Assembly: GCA_964016885.1 (NCBI GenBank) | Contig: OZ024741.1 | Coordinates: 252,030,001-252,094,000 of the forward strand | DNA from: Eledone cirrhosa | Lineage: Eukaryota | Direction of reading: 5' to 3' | Length of the DNA stretch: 64,000 nucleotides | Shown here: piece by piece, positions 17,451 through 30,777 of the stretch | Layout: each line of letters opens with the position of its first letter | How positions within the stretch are numbered: the stretch's first letter is position 1 | Program-made: the position numbers and the translations under genes | The notes under the pieces: generated by a model | Seen by the model: the letters and a program-made list of their open reading frames with translations, nothing else | What the model was told of the DNA's origin: nothing | The model's database searches: none

Positions 17451-18935
17451 TTAGCTGTAGTGTTGGCGGATCTCGGGAAGCATGGAGGCCTTAAAGGATG
17501 CAGTGTCTCGACAGCTAACAACTGATGCAGGTAGTTTGTTCCATGCTTCAGCAACTCTGAGCGTGAAAAAATGTTTCCGAAAGTCATGGGAACTGTGCTG
17601 TTTTCTTACTTTGTGGGCATGTCCACGTGTGTTAGACACATGCAAATCGAAAAGGCACTCAGGGTTGTTGTTGGCAACATGGTTAACAATTTTGTGGGTG
17701 TTTACCAAGTCAGTTGCCAGGCGTCGGAGCTTCAATGTATCCATGCCCAGGGAAGCAAGGCGCTCAGAGTATGGTAGATGCCTGATGGAGGGTATTCGCT
17801 TGGTTGCACGTCTCTGAACAGTTTCCAGGCGGTCAATGTCCTGAGCAAGATAGGGGTTCCAGACTGGTGATGCAAATTCTAAGTGTGGTCGCACCATAGC
17901 TGTATACAGCCTTAAATAGATATCTGGAGAGCGGCTGACAAAGGTCTTGCTGAGTGATGCTAAGACACCCTCGGCCCTCTTGACAATTTTAGAGACGTGC
18001 CTCGTCCAACGCAAATCGCTGCTGACCGTAATGCCCAGGTCACGTTCACAGGAAGACTTCTTGATATTAGTGCTGTGGAGGGAGTATGTGGACGCTGGGT
18101 TTTTACTCCCAAAATGCATGGTGGTGCACTTGTCCACAGCTAGCTTGAGTTGCCAGTCTGAGATCCACTGTTGCATTGTGTCCAGGTCAGACTGCAAGCA
18201 AGATCTATAGTGTTCAGGATCTGTCCTTTTTATCTCAAGGTACAGCTTGATGTCGTCTGCGTACTTTAGTACTGTGGCATTCCTTAAGTTGGCATCTATG
18301 TCATTAATATATGCCACAAACAAAAGGGGGCCAAGAACAGATCCCTGAGGTACACCAGATGACATCTCATATGGTGAGGAATGCTGTCCCAGAACCGTGA
18401 CTACCTCTCTTCGACTGAGAATGAAGGACTTCAACCAGTTAAAAAGATCATCCTTCACACCCATTGCAGAGAGTTTTGCCATAAGCCTTTTGTGCGGCAC
18501 AGAATTGAAGGCCTTCGCAAAGTCAAGGTAAACAACATCCACCCATGAGCCGCCATCAGTGATCCGGGTGATGTCCTCAAGAAACTCTATAAGTTGATCA
18601 CAGCAGCTGGAGTTGGGGATAAATCCAAATTGCGAGGGCCGGATAAGACTGTGAGAGCTCCAGAAGTTCCAAAGTGTTTCTCTGACACAGGATTCCATCA
18701 GTTTGGCGATGCAACTAGTAAGACTGACTGGACGATAGTTCACAGGTGATGTGCGGTCACCCTTTTTGAACAGAGGAATTACACTGGCAGTTTTCCACTG
18801 TTCTGGAGTAGCACTGATGTTCAGACAGAATTGGAAGAAGCGTGATAACTGGTGTAGAAGGAAGTACCCACCACATTTAAGAAGCAGGTATGTAACACCA
18901 TCAAGACCAGGAGAGGCATGGTTGCGTTTATTTTT
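17451..18935 (-). pseudogene. CR1 ORF2 fragment: reverse transcriptase and C-terminal region, no endonuclease, no native start
   Basis: Motifs NYRPVSLTS, YLDFAKAFNSVPH, GVPQGSVLGPLLF, YADD, ERDLG, VRPHLEF, VQRRATK, TRGH, FFTLRVAEAWNKLP. Manual translation shows the frame stays open 64 codons upstream of the listed GTG at 18743 (KNKRNHASPGLDGVTYLLLKC...WKTASVIPLFKKGDRTSP) up to the junction, 494 aa in total. Confidence 0.9.
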
Positions 18936-18936
18936 T

Positions 18937-21900
18937 TATAACACAACTCTCTACACATCACCTCATAATACAAAACTACACTATACCACACCACACTACA
19001 CTATAACACAACTCTCTACACGTCACCTCATAATACAAAACTACACTATACCACACCACACTACACTATAACACAACTCTCTACACATCACCTCATAATA
19101 CAAAACTACACTATACCACACCACACTACACTACACTATAACACAACTCTCTACACATCACCTCATAATACAAAACTACACTATACCACACCACACTACA
19201 GTATAACACAACTCTCTACACATCACCTCATAATACAAAACTACACTATACCACACCAGACCACACTACACTATAACACAACTCTCTACACATCACCTCA
19301 TAATACAAAACTACACTATACCACAACACACCACACTACACTATAACACAATTCTTTACACATCACCTCATAATACAAAACTACACTATACCACACCACA
19401 CTACACTATAACACAACTCTCTACACATCACCTCATAATACAAAACTACACTATACCACACCACACTACACTATAACACAATTCTCTACACATCACCTCA
19501 TAATACAAAACTACACTATACCACACCACACTACACTACACTATAACACAACTCTCTACACATCACCTCATAATACAAAACTACACTATACCACACCACA
19601 CCACACTACACTATAACACAACTCTCTACACATCACCTCATAATACAAAACTACACTATACCACACCACACTACACTATAACACAACTCTCTACACATCA
19701 CCTCATAATACAAAACTACACTATACCACACCACACTACACTATAACACAACTCTCTACACATCACCTCATAATACAAAACTACACTATACCACACCACA
19801 CCACACTACACTATAACACAACTCTCTGCACGTCACCTCATAATACAAAACTACACTATACCACACCACACTACACTATAACACAACTCTCTACACGTCA
19901 CCGCATAATACAAAACTACACTATACCACACCACACCACACTATAACACAACTCTCTACACGTCACCTCATAATACAAAACCACACTATACCACACCACA
20001 CCACACCACACTATAACACAACTCTCTACACGTCACCTCATAATACAAAACTACACTATACCACACCACACCACACTATAACACAACTATCTACACGTCA
20101 CCTCATAATACAAAACTACACTATACCACACCATACCACACTATAACACAACTCTCTACACGTCACCTCATAATACAAAACTACACTATACCACACCACA
20201 CCACACTACACTATAACACAACTCACTACACATCACCTCATAATACAAAACAACACTATACCACACCAGACCACACCACACTACACTATAACACAACTTT
20301 CTACACGTCACCTCATAATACAAAACTACACTATACCACACCACACCACACTACACTATAACACAACTCTCTACACATCACCTCATAATACAAAACTACA
20401 CTATACCACACCACACTACACTATAACACAACTCTCTACACATCACCTCATAATACAAAACTACACTATACCACACCACACCACACTATAACACAACTCT
20501 CTACACGTCACCTCATAATACAAAACCACACTATACCACACCACACCACACTATAACACAACTCTCTACACGTCACCTCATAATACAAAACTACACTATA
20601 CCACACCACACCACACTATAACACAACTATCTACACGTCACCTCATAATACAAAACTACACTATACCACACCACACCACACTATAACACAACTCTCTACA
20701 CGTCACCTCATAATACAAAACTACACTATACCACACCACACCACACTACACTATAACACAACTCACTACACATCACCTCATAATACAAAACTACACTATA
20801 CCACACCACACTACACTATAACACAACTCTCTACACGTCACCTCATAATACAAAACTACACTATACCACACCACACTACACTATAACACAACTCTCTACA
20901 CATCACCTCATAATACAAAACTACACTATACCACACCACACTACACTACACTATAACACAACTCTCTACACATCACCTCATAATACAAAACTACACTATA
21001 CCACACCACACTACACTATAACACAACTCTCTACACATCACCTCATAATACAAAACTACACTATACCACACCACACTACACTATAACACAACTCTCTACA
21101 CATCACCTCATAATACAAAACTACACTATACCACACCACACCACACTACACTATAACACAATTCTCTACACATCACCTCATAATACAAAACTACACTATA
21201 CCACACCACACTACACTACACTATAACACAACTCTCTACACATCACCTCATAATACAAAACTACACTATACCACACCACACCACACTACACTATAACACA
21301 ACTCTCTACACATCACCTCATAATACAAAACTACATTATACCACACCACACCACACTACACTATAACACAATTCTCTACACATCACCTCATAATACAAAA
21401 CTAAACTATACCACACCACACTACACTACACTATAACACAACTCTCTACACATCACCTCATAATACAAAACTACACTATACCACACCACACTACACTATA
21501 ACACAACTCTCAACACATCACCTCATAATACAAAACTACACTATACCACACCACACTACACTATAACACAACTCTCTACACATCACCTCATAATACAAAA
21601 CTACACTATACCACACCACACCACACTACACTATAACACAACTCTCTACACATCACCTCATAATACAAAACTAAACTATACCACACCACACTACACTACA
21701 CTATAACACAACTCTCTACACATCACCTCATAATACAAAACTACACTATACCACACCACACTACAGTATAACACAACTCTCTACACATCACCTCATAATA
21801 CAAAACTACACTATACCACACCAGACCACACTACACTATAACACAACTCTCTACACATCACCTCATAATACAAAACTACACTATACCACAACACACCACA

Positions 21901-24900
21901 CTACACTATAACACAATTCTTTACACATCACCTCATAATACAAAACTACACTATACCACACCACACTACACTATAACACAACTCTCTACACATCACCTCA
22001 TAATACAAAACTACACTATACCACACCACACTACACTATAACACAATTCTCTACACATCACCTCATAATACAAAACTACACTATACCACACCACACTACA
22101 CTACACTATAACACAACTCTCTACACATCACCTCATAATACAAAACTACACTATACCACACCACACCACACTACACTATAACACAACTCTCTACACATCA
22201 CCTCATAATACAAAACTACACTATACCACACCACACTACACTATAACACAACTCTCTACACATCACCTCATAATACAAAACTACACTATACCACACCACA
22301 CTACACTATAACACAACTCTCTACACATCACCTCATAATACAAAACTACACTATACCACACCACACCACACTACACTATAACACAACTCTCTGCACGTCA
22401 CCTCATAATACAAAACTACACTATACCACACCACACTACACTATAACACAACTCTCTACACGTCACCGCATAATACAAAACTACACTATACCACACCACA
22501 CCACACTATAACACAACTCTCTACACGTCACCTCATAATACAAAACCACACTATACCACACCACACCACACCACACTATAACACAACTCTCTACACGTCA
22601 CCTCATAATACAAAACTACACTATACCACACCACACCACACTATAACACAACTATCTACACGTCACCTCATAATACAAAACTACACTATACCACACCATA
22701 CCACACTATAACACAACTCTCTACACGTCACCTCATAATACAAAACTACACTATACCACACCACACCACACTACACTATAACACAACTCACTACACATCA
22801 CCTCATAATACAAAACAACACTATACCACACCAGACCACACCACACTACACTATAACACAACTTTCTACACGTCACCTCATAATACAAAACTACACTATA
22901 CCACACCACACCACACTACACTATAACACAACTCTCTACACATCACCTCATAATACAAAACTACACTATACCACACCACACTACACTATAACACAACTCT
23001 CTACACATCACCTCATAATACAAAACTACACTATACCACACCACACCACACTATAACACAACTCTCTACACGTCACCTCATAATACAAAACCACACTATA
23101 CCACACCACACCACACTATAACACAACTCTCTACACGTCACCTCATAATACAAAACTACACTATACCACACCACACCACACTATAACACAACTATCTACA
23201 CGTCACCTCATAATACAAAACTACACTATACCACACCACACCACACTATAACACAACTCTCTACACGTCACCTCATAATACAAAACTACACTATACCACA
23301 CCACACCACACTACACTATAACACAACTCACTACACATCACCTCATAATACAAAACTACACTATACCACACCACACTACACTATAACACAACTCTCTACA
23401 CGTCACCTCATAATACAAAACTACACTATACCACACCACACTACACTATAACACAACTCTCTACACATCACCTCATAATACAAAACTACACTATACCACA
23501 CCACACTACACTACACTATAACACAACTCTCTACACATCACCTCATAATACAAAACTACACTATACCACACCACACTACACTATAACACAACTCTCTACA
23601 CATCACCTCATAATACAAAACTACACTATACCACACCACACTACACTATAACACAACGCTCTACACATCACCTCATAATACAAAACTACACTATACCACA
23701 CCACACCACACTACACTATAACACAATTCTCTACACATCACCTCATAATACAAAACTACACTATACCACACCACACTACACTACACTATAACACAACTCT
23801 CTACACATCACCTCATAATACAAAACTACACTATACCACACCACACCACACTACACTATAACACAACTCTCTACACATCACCTCATAATACAAAACTACA
23901 TTATACCACACCACACCACACTACACTATAACACAATTCTCTACACATCACCTCATAATACAAAACTAAACTATACCACACCACACTACACTACACTATA
24001 ACACAACTCTCTACACATCACCTCATAATACAAAACTACACTATACCACACCACACTACACTATAACACAACTCTCAACACATCACCTCATAATACAAAA
24101 CTACACTATACCACACCACACTACACTATAACACAACTCTCTACACATCACCTCATAATACAAAACTACACTATACCACACCACACCACACTACACTATA
24201 ACACAACTCTCTACACATCACCTCATAATACAAAACTAAACTATACCACACCACACTACACTACACTATAACACAACTCTCTACACATCACCTCATAATA
24301 CAAAACTACACTATACCACACCACACTACACTATAACACAACTCTCTACACATCACCTCATAATACAAAACTACACTATACCACACCACACCACACTACA
24401 CTATAACACAACTCTCTACACATCACCTCATAATACAAAACTACACTATACCACACCACACTACACTACACTATAACACAACTCTCTACACATCACCTCA
24501 TAATACAAAACTACACTATACCACACCACACTACACTATAACACAACTCTCTACACATCACCTCATAATACAAAACTACACTATACCAGACCACACCACA
24601 CTACACTATAACACAACTCTCTGCACGTCACCTCATAATACAAAACTACACTATACCACACCACACTACACTATAACACAACTCTCTACACGTCACCTCA
24701 TAATACAAAACTACACTATACCACACCACACCACACTATAACACAACTCTCTACACGTCACCTCATAATACAAAACCACACTATACCACACCACACCACA
24801 CTATAACACAACTCTCTACACGTCACCTCATAATACAAAACTACACTATACCACACCACACCACACTATAACACAACTATCTACACATCACCTCATAATA

Positions 24901-27305
24901 CAAAACTACACTATACCACACCACACCACACTACACTATAACACAACTCTCTACACGTCACCCCATAATACAAAACTACACTATACCACACCACACCACA
25001 CTATAACACAACTCTCTACACATCACCTCATAATACAAAACTACACTATACCAGACCACACCACACTACACTATAACACAATTCTCTACACATCACCTCA
25101 TAATACAAAACTACACTATACCACACCACACCACACTACACTATAACACAACTCTCTACACGTCACCTCATAATACAAAACTACACTATACCACACCACA
25201 CCACACTACACTATAACACAACTCTCTACACGTCACCCCATAATACAAAACTACACTATACCACACCACACTACACTATACTATAACACAACTCTCTACA
25301 CATCACCTCATAATACAAAACTACACTATACCACACCACACTACACTATACTATAACACAACTCTCTACACATCACCTCATAATACAAAACTACACTATA
25401 CCACACCACACCACACTACACTATAACACAACTCTCTGCACATCACCTCATAATACAAAACTACACTATACCACACCACACCACACTACACTATAACACA
25501 ACTCTCTACACATCACCTCATAATACAAAACTACACTATACCACACCACACTACACTATAACACAACTCTCTACACGTCACCTCATAATACAAAACTACA
25601 CTATACCACACCACACCACACTACACTATAACACAACTCTCTACACGTCACCTCATAATACAAAACTACACTATACCACACCATACCACACTATAACACA
25701 ACTCTCTACACGTCACCTCATAATACAAAACTACACTATACCACACCACACCACACTATAACACAACTCTCTACACGTCACCTCATAATACAAAACTACA
25801 CTATACCACACGACACTACACTATAACACAACTCTCTACACATCACCTCATAATACAAAACTACACTATACCACACCACACTACACTATAACACAACTCT
25901 CTACACGTCACCTCATAATACAAAACAACACTATACCACACCACACCACACTACACTATAACACAACTCTCTACACATCACCTCATAATTCAAAACTACA
26001 CTATACCACACCACACTACACTATAACACAATTCTCTACACATCACCTCATAATACAAAACTACACTATACCACACCACACTACACTACACTATAACACA
26101 ACTCTCTACACATCACCTCATAATACAAAACTACACTATACCACACCACACAACACTATAACACAACTCTCTACACATCACCTCATAATACAAAACTACA
26201 CTATACCACACCAGACCACACTACACTATAACACAACTCTCTACACATCACCTCATAATACAAAACTACACTATACCACACCACACCACACTACACTATA
26301 ACACAATTCTCTACACATCACCTCATAATACAAAACTACACTATACCACACCACACTACACTACACTATAACACAATTCTCTACACATCACCTCATAATA
26401 CAAAACTACACTATACCACACCACACTACACTATAACACAACTCTCTACACATCACCTCATAATACAAAACTACACTATACCACACCACACTACACTATA
26501 ACACAACTCTCTACACATCACCTCATAATACAAAACTACACTATACCACACCACACCACACTACACTATAACACAATTCTCTACACATCACCTCATAATA
26601 CAAAACTACACTATACCACACCACACTACACTACACTATAACACAACTCTCTACACATCACCTCATAATACAAAACTACACTATACCACACCACACCACA
26701 CTACACTAAAACACAACTCTCTACACATCACCTCATAATACAAAACTACACTATACCACACCACACTACACTACACTATAACACAACTCTCTACACATCA
26801 CCTCATAATACAAAACTACACTATACCACACCACACTACACTATAACACAACTCTCTACACATCACCTCATAATACAAAACTACACTATACCACACCACA
26901 CTACACTATAACACAACTCTCTACACATCACCTCATAATACAAAACTACACTATACCACACCACACCACACTATAACACAACTCTCTACACGTCACCTCA
27001 TAATACAAAACCACACTATACCACACCACACCACACTATAACACAACTCTCTACACGTCACCTCATAATACAAAACTACACTATACCACACCACACCACA
27101 CTATAACACAACTATCTACACATCACCTCATAATACAAAACTACACTACACCACACCACACCACACTACACTATAACACAACTCTCTACACGTCACCCCA
27201 TAATACAAAACTACACTATACCACACCACACCACACTATAACACAACTCTCTACACATCACCTCATAATACAAAACTACACTATACCAGACCACACCACA
27301 CTACA
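18937..27305. repeat. Satellite array segment 2
   Basis: Same monomer resumes at TATAACACAACTCT. Confidence 0.98.
19100..24350. repeat. Tandem higher-order duplication, 2565-bp unit x2 (boundaries approximate)
   Basis: GTATAAC at 19201/21766 and CCGCATA at 19901/22466. CAAAACAAC, ACTTTCT, CATTATA and CTCAACAC variants also repeat in the same order. Confidence 0.88.
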
Positions 27306-27334
27306 TCATCATCATCATCATCATCAACGTTTAA

Positions 27335-27367
27335 CGTCCGTGTTCCACGCTTGCATGGGTTTGGACG
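27335..27367 (-). other. RTE 3'-terminal stem-loop (identical in all four copies)
   Basis: RNA sense CGUCC-AAAC-CCAUG-CAAG-CGUGG-AACAC-GGACG: outer CGUCC/GGACG stem and inner CCAUG/CGUGG stem with one G-U pair, just before the tail. Confidence 0.65.
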
Positions 27368-27663
27368 GGGGTAGTCCCACTTGAGGCAAGAGTGATTGTC
27401 TTGCTCGCATAGGACTGTCTGGCAGGTTTTCTACAGTTGGATGCCCTTCCTAACACCAACCACATTTACAGTGTGGGTCTGGGAGGTTTTTACCGTGTTG
27501 CCTACACGGCCACATTACAGCGTGGACTGTGTGTTTTTTTGTCGTGACACCTACACGATCTCATTTGTTTCGGCCCGGATGGCGCGGCACCAACATAACT
27601 TTACATAGGACGGGGTGGTGTGGATGGGGTGGGGGTGGTGGTGGTGGGACGGGGTGTATTTTG

Positions 27664-29403
27664 TTAGAGATGCCTACTGGCAAGGCGGGTCTTCTCTGTT
27701 ACTGAGTACCGCCAAAGGTCTCGGTCCAGTGACATTGTCTTGGAGAGGTGTAAGTGTGTGAGGTCGGAGTTTATCAGCTCGTCCCAGGTTTTTCTAGGTC
27801 TGCCTATTCCGTGGCTACCGTCTATCTTTATTGCCCTGCACTTTGTTATACAGCTATCGACTTTCATGCGCATCACGTGTCCATACCAACGTAGCCTTCT
27901 CTCGAGTAAACAACATCTGATCCCTCTTATCTCTAATTTTTTCCTTAGTTCGTTTATGCTTTGCCGTTCACGTATATTACTGTTACACATCCAGCGGAGC
28001 ATGCAAGCTTCGTTCCTCTCTAGTCTGCGTATATCCTCTGCACACAATGCCCAGGTCTCACTGCCATGCAACATTGCTGTTCGTATGCAGGCATCGTACA
28101 ACCTGCCTTTCATTTTTAGGGAGAACCCTTTAGCAGCTAATAGTGGTATAAGCTCTCTGAACTTTTTCCAACCAGTTCTGACTCTAGCTACAGTACTTTC
28201 AGAGCACCCTCCCCCACTGCTGATTTTATCGCCCAGGTAACGGAAGCTGTCCACTATTTCTATAGAACCCTCTGCGCAATTGAAAGAGCTAGTATTGTGT
28301 GGGCACTTGCTGCTACTTATTGCACCAGAACACCGGCCACATGTAAAATCTATGTTCTTAGTTAGCTTACCTGTGATCCCACTACATCTTTTATGCACCC
28401 ATACTTTGCATTTAGGACACAAAATGGAGTTTCTACCTACGCCTTTCCTACACACCGAGCACGACCATTTCCCAGAAGGGACCGCCGCCTTGTTTTCTTT
28501 CCTACAAACTAGAACTTTGGTCTTAGCCAGGTTAATTTTAAGTCCTTTTGACTCTAGGCCGTGCTTCCATGTTTGGAATTTCTTCTCTAGCTCGGCCATT
28601 GATTCCGCTATGAGTGTCAGGTCGTCTGCGTATAGGAGTTCCCATGGGCAGCCTGTCTTGAACTCCTCTGTTATAGCCTGAAGGGCAATAATAAATAGTA
28701 GGGGGCTGAGAACAGAGCCCTGATGGACGCCAACTTTTACGCTAAACTCTTCACTATATTCGTTGTTAATTCTAACCTTGCTGACTGTTTCTTTATACAT
28801 GGCTTGTATAGCCCTCACAAGCCATTCGTCAACGCCTAGTTTTCTAAGAGCCCACCAGATAATGGAGCGGGGGACTCTGTCGAAGGCTTTCTCCAAGTCG
28901 ACAAAAGCTAAGTAGAGGGGTTTACCTTTAGCTAGGTACTTCTCCTGTAGTTGTCGTACTATGAAAAGAGCGTCTGTGGTACTTTTGCCTGACACAAACC
29001 CGAACTGCATTTCATCTAGGTCAATTCTCTCTCTGATTAGTTGCGCTATTACTTTTTCTGTGACCTTCATGACCTGGTCGATTAATTTAATGCCTCTATA
29101 GTTACTCCTATCTAGGGCGTCTCCTTTACCCTTATAACAGTTAACGATGATGCTGCTATGCCAGTCCTTCGGAACAGCCCCATTCTGTACGACTTGGTTA
29201 ACTATGCGGGTGACCATGGTGTGTCCCACCGTGCCAGATGCCTTCAGCATCTCAGCAACTATTTCCGAAGGCCCAGCCGCCTTACCTGTCTTCATATCCT
29301 TGATTGCCTTACTTATTATACTCCCCTCGACTAACACTGCTGGTCCCTCTATTGGGTCGACATGGGGGAGACTGTCTTTCTCCCATTTATTCTCCTCATT
29401 TAG
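27664..29403 (-). pseudogene. RTE ORF fragment: RT with inserted PHD-type finger and C-terminal region, no endonuclease (copy 1)
   Basis: Motifs GKAAGPSEI, NYRGIKL, MQFGF, FVDLEKAFDRVPR, GVHQGSVLSPLLF, YADD, FRYLG, HGSETW, RLRWYGHVMR, GRPRKTW. No stops. The listed first five residues (MWYSV, GTG start) come from satellite. First in-frame ATG is at 29295 and would give 543 aa. Confidence 0.9.
28330..28467 (-). other. PHD-like C4HC3 zinc finger inside the RTE reverse transcriptase
   Basis: WSCSVCRKGVGRNSILCPKCKVWVHKRCSGITGKLTKNIDFTCGRC fits CxxC...CxxCxxxxHxxC...CxxC and lies between NLAKTKV and FRYLG. Confidence 0.8.
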
Positions 29404-30777
29404 TACACTATACCACACTATAACACAATTCTCTACACATCACCTCATAATACAAAACTACACTATACCACACCACACCACACTACACTATAACACAACT
29501 CTCTACACGTCACCTCATAATACAAAACTACACTATACCACACCACACCACACTACACTATAACACAACTCTCTACACGTCACCCCATAATACAAAACTA
29601 CACTATACCACACCACACTACACTATACTATAACACAACTCTCTACACATCACCTCATAATACAAAACCACACTATACCACACCAGACCAGACTACACTA
29701 TAACACAACTCTCTACACGTCACCTCATAATACAAAACTACATTATACCACACCACACCACACTACACTATAACACAACTCTCTACACATCACCTCATAA
29801 TACAAAACTACACTATACCACACCACACCACACTACACTATAACACAACTCTCTACACATCACCTCATAATACAAAACTACACTATACCACACCACACTA
29901 CACTATAACACAAGTCTCTACACGTCACCTCATAATACAAAACTACACTATACCACACCACACCACACTACACTATAACACAACTCTCTACACGTCACCT
30001 CATAATACAAAACTACACTATACCACACCACACCACACTATAACACAACTCTCTACACGTCACCTCATAATACAAAACTACACTATACCACACCACACTA
30101 CACTATAACACAACTCTCTACACATCACCTCATAATACAAAACTACACTATACCACACCACACTACACTATAACACAACTCTCTGCACGTCACCTCATAA
30201 TACAAAACTACACTATACCACACCACACCACACTACACTATAACACAACTCTCTACACATCACCTCATAATACAAAACTACACTATACCACACCACACTA
30301 CACTATAACACAATTCTCTACACATCACCTCATAATACAAAACTACACTATACCACACCACACTACACTACACTATAACACAACTCTCTACACATCACCT
30401 CATAATACAAAACTACACTATACCACACCACACAACACTATAACACAACTCTCTACACATCACCTCATAATACAAAACTACACTATACCACACCACACCA
30501 CACTACACTATAACACAATTCTCTACACATCACCTCATAATACAAAACTACACTATACCACACCACACTACACTATAACACAACTCTCTACACGTCACCT
30601 CATAATACAAAACTACACTATACCACACCACACCACACTACACTATAACACAACTCTCTACACGTCACCCCATAATACAAAACTACACTATACCACACCA
30701 CACCACACTATAACACAACTCTCTACACATCACCTCATAATACAAAACTACACTATACCAGACCACACCACACTACA
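29404..30777. repeat. Satellite spacer between RTE copies 1 and 2 (1374 bp)
   Basis: Same monomer, with diagnostic variants CCAGACCAGAC, CATTATA, CAAGTCTC and CACACAACAC. Confidence 0.97.

Larger units (their letters stand above)
17349..18936 (-). mobile_element. CR1-clade LINE, 5'-truncated (about 1.59 kb), single copy
   Basis: Non-satellite insert with an RT frame, a 3' UTR of about 100 bp and a short (ATT)n tail at the left end. TATAA occurs on both sides (17344-17348 and 18937-18941) as a candidate target-site duplication. Confidence 0.93.
27306..29403 (-). mobile_element. RTE-clade LINE, 5'-truncated, copy 1 (2098 bp)
   Basis: (CAT)7 on + ((ATG)n tail on the element strand) at 27304-27324, a 3' UTR of about 340 bp, and an RT frame ending abruptly in satellite. 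Confidence 0.95.

Noticed and set aside
18926-18937. T-rich run at the CR1 right junction as a poly(A) tail or AATAAA signal of another element
   Set aside because: It reads in frame as K-N-K-R leading into SPGLDG, so it is most simply element coding sequence. A few untemplated bases cannot be excluded.
17360-19071. Short ORFs overlapping the CR1 (75, 111, 68, 87 and 106 aa)
   Set aside because: They are antisense or alternate-frame shadows. The H/T/Y-rich tail of the 106-aa ORF is translated satellite.
27615-27623. GTGGTGTGG in the RTE UTR is complementary to satellite CCACACCAC, suggesting a guide or the origin of the satellite
   Set aside because: It is only 9 bp of low-complexity sequence and does not correspond to the insertion junction.
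29404-29418. MWYSV N-terminus as a real start supplied by the satellite
   Set aside because: The codon is GTG inside satellite sequence, with an in-frame stop eight codons upstream. It is not a credible eukaryotic start.
27396-29563. Plus-strand ORFs of 70, 166, 133 and 138 aa, repeated in every RTE copy
   Set aside because: They lie antisense to the RT frame or 3' UTR, have no recognisable motifs, and recur only because the DNA is duplicated.
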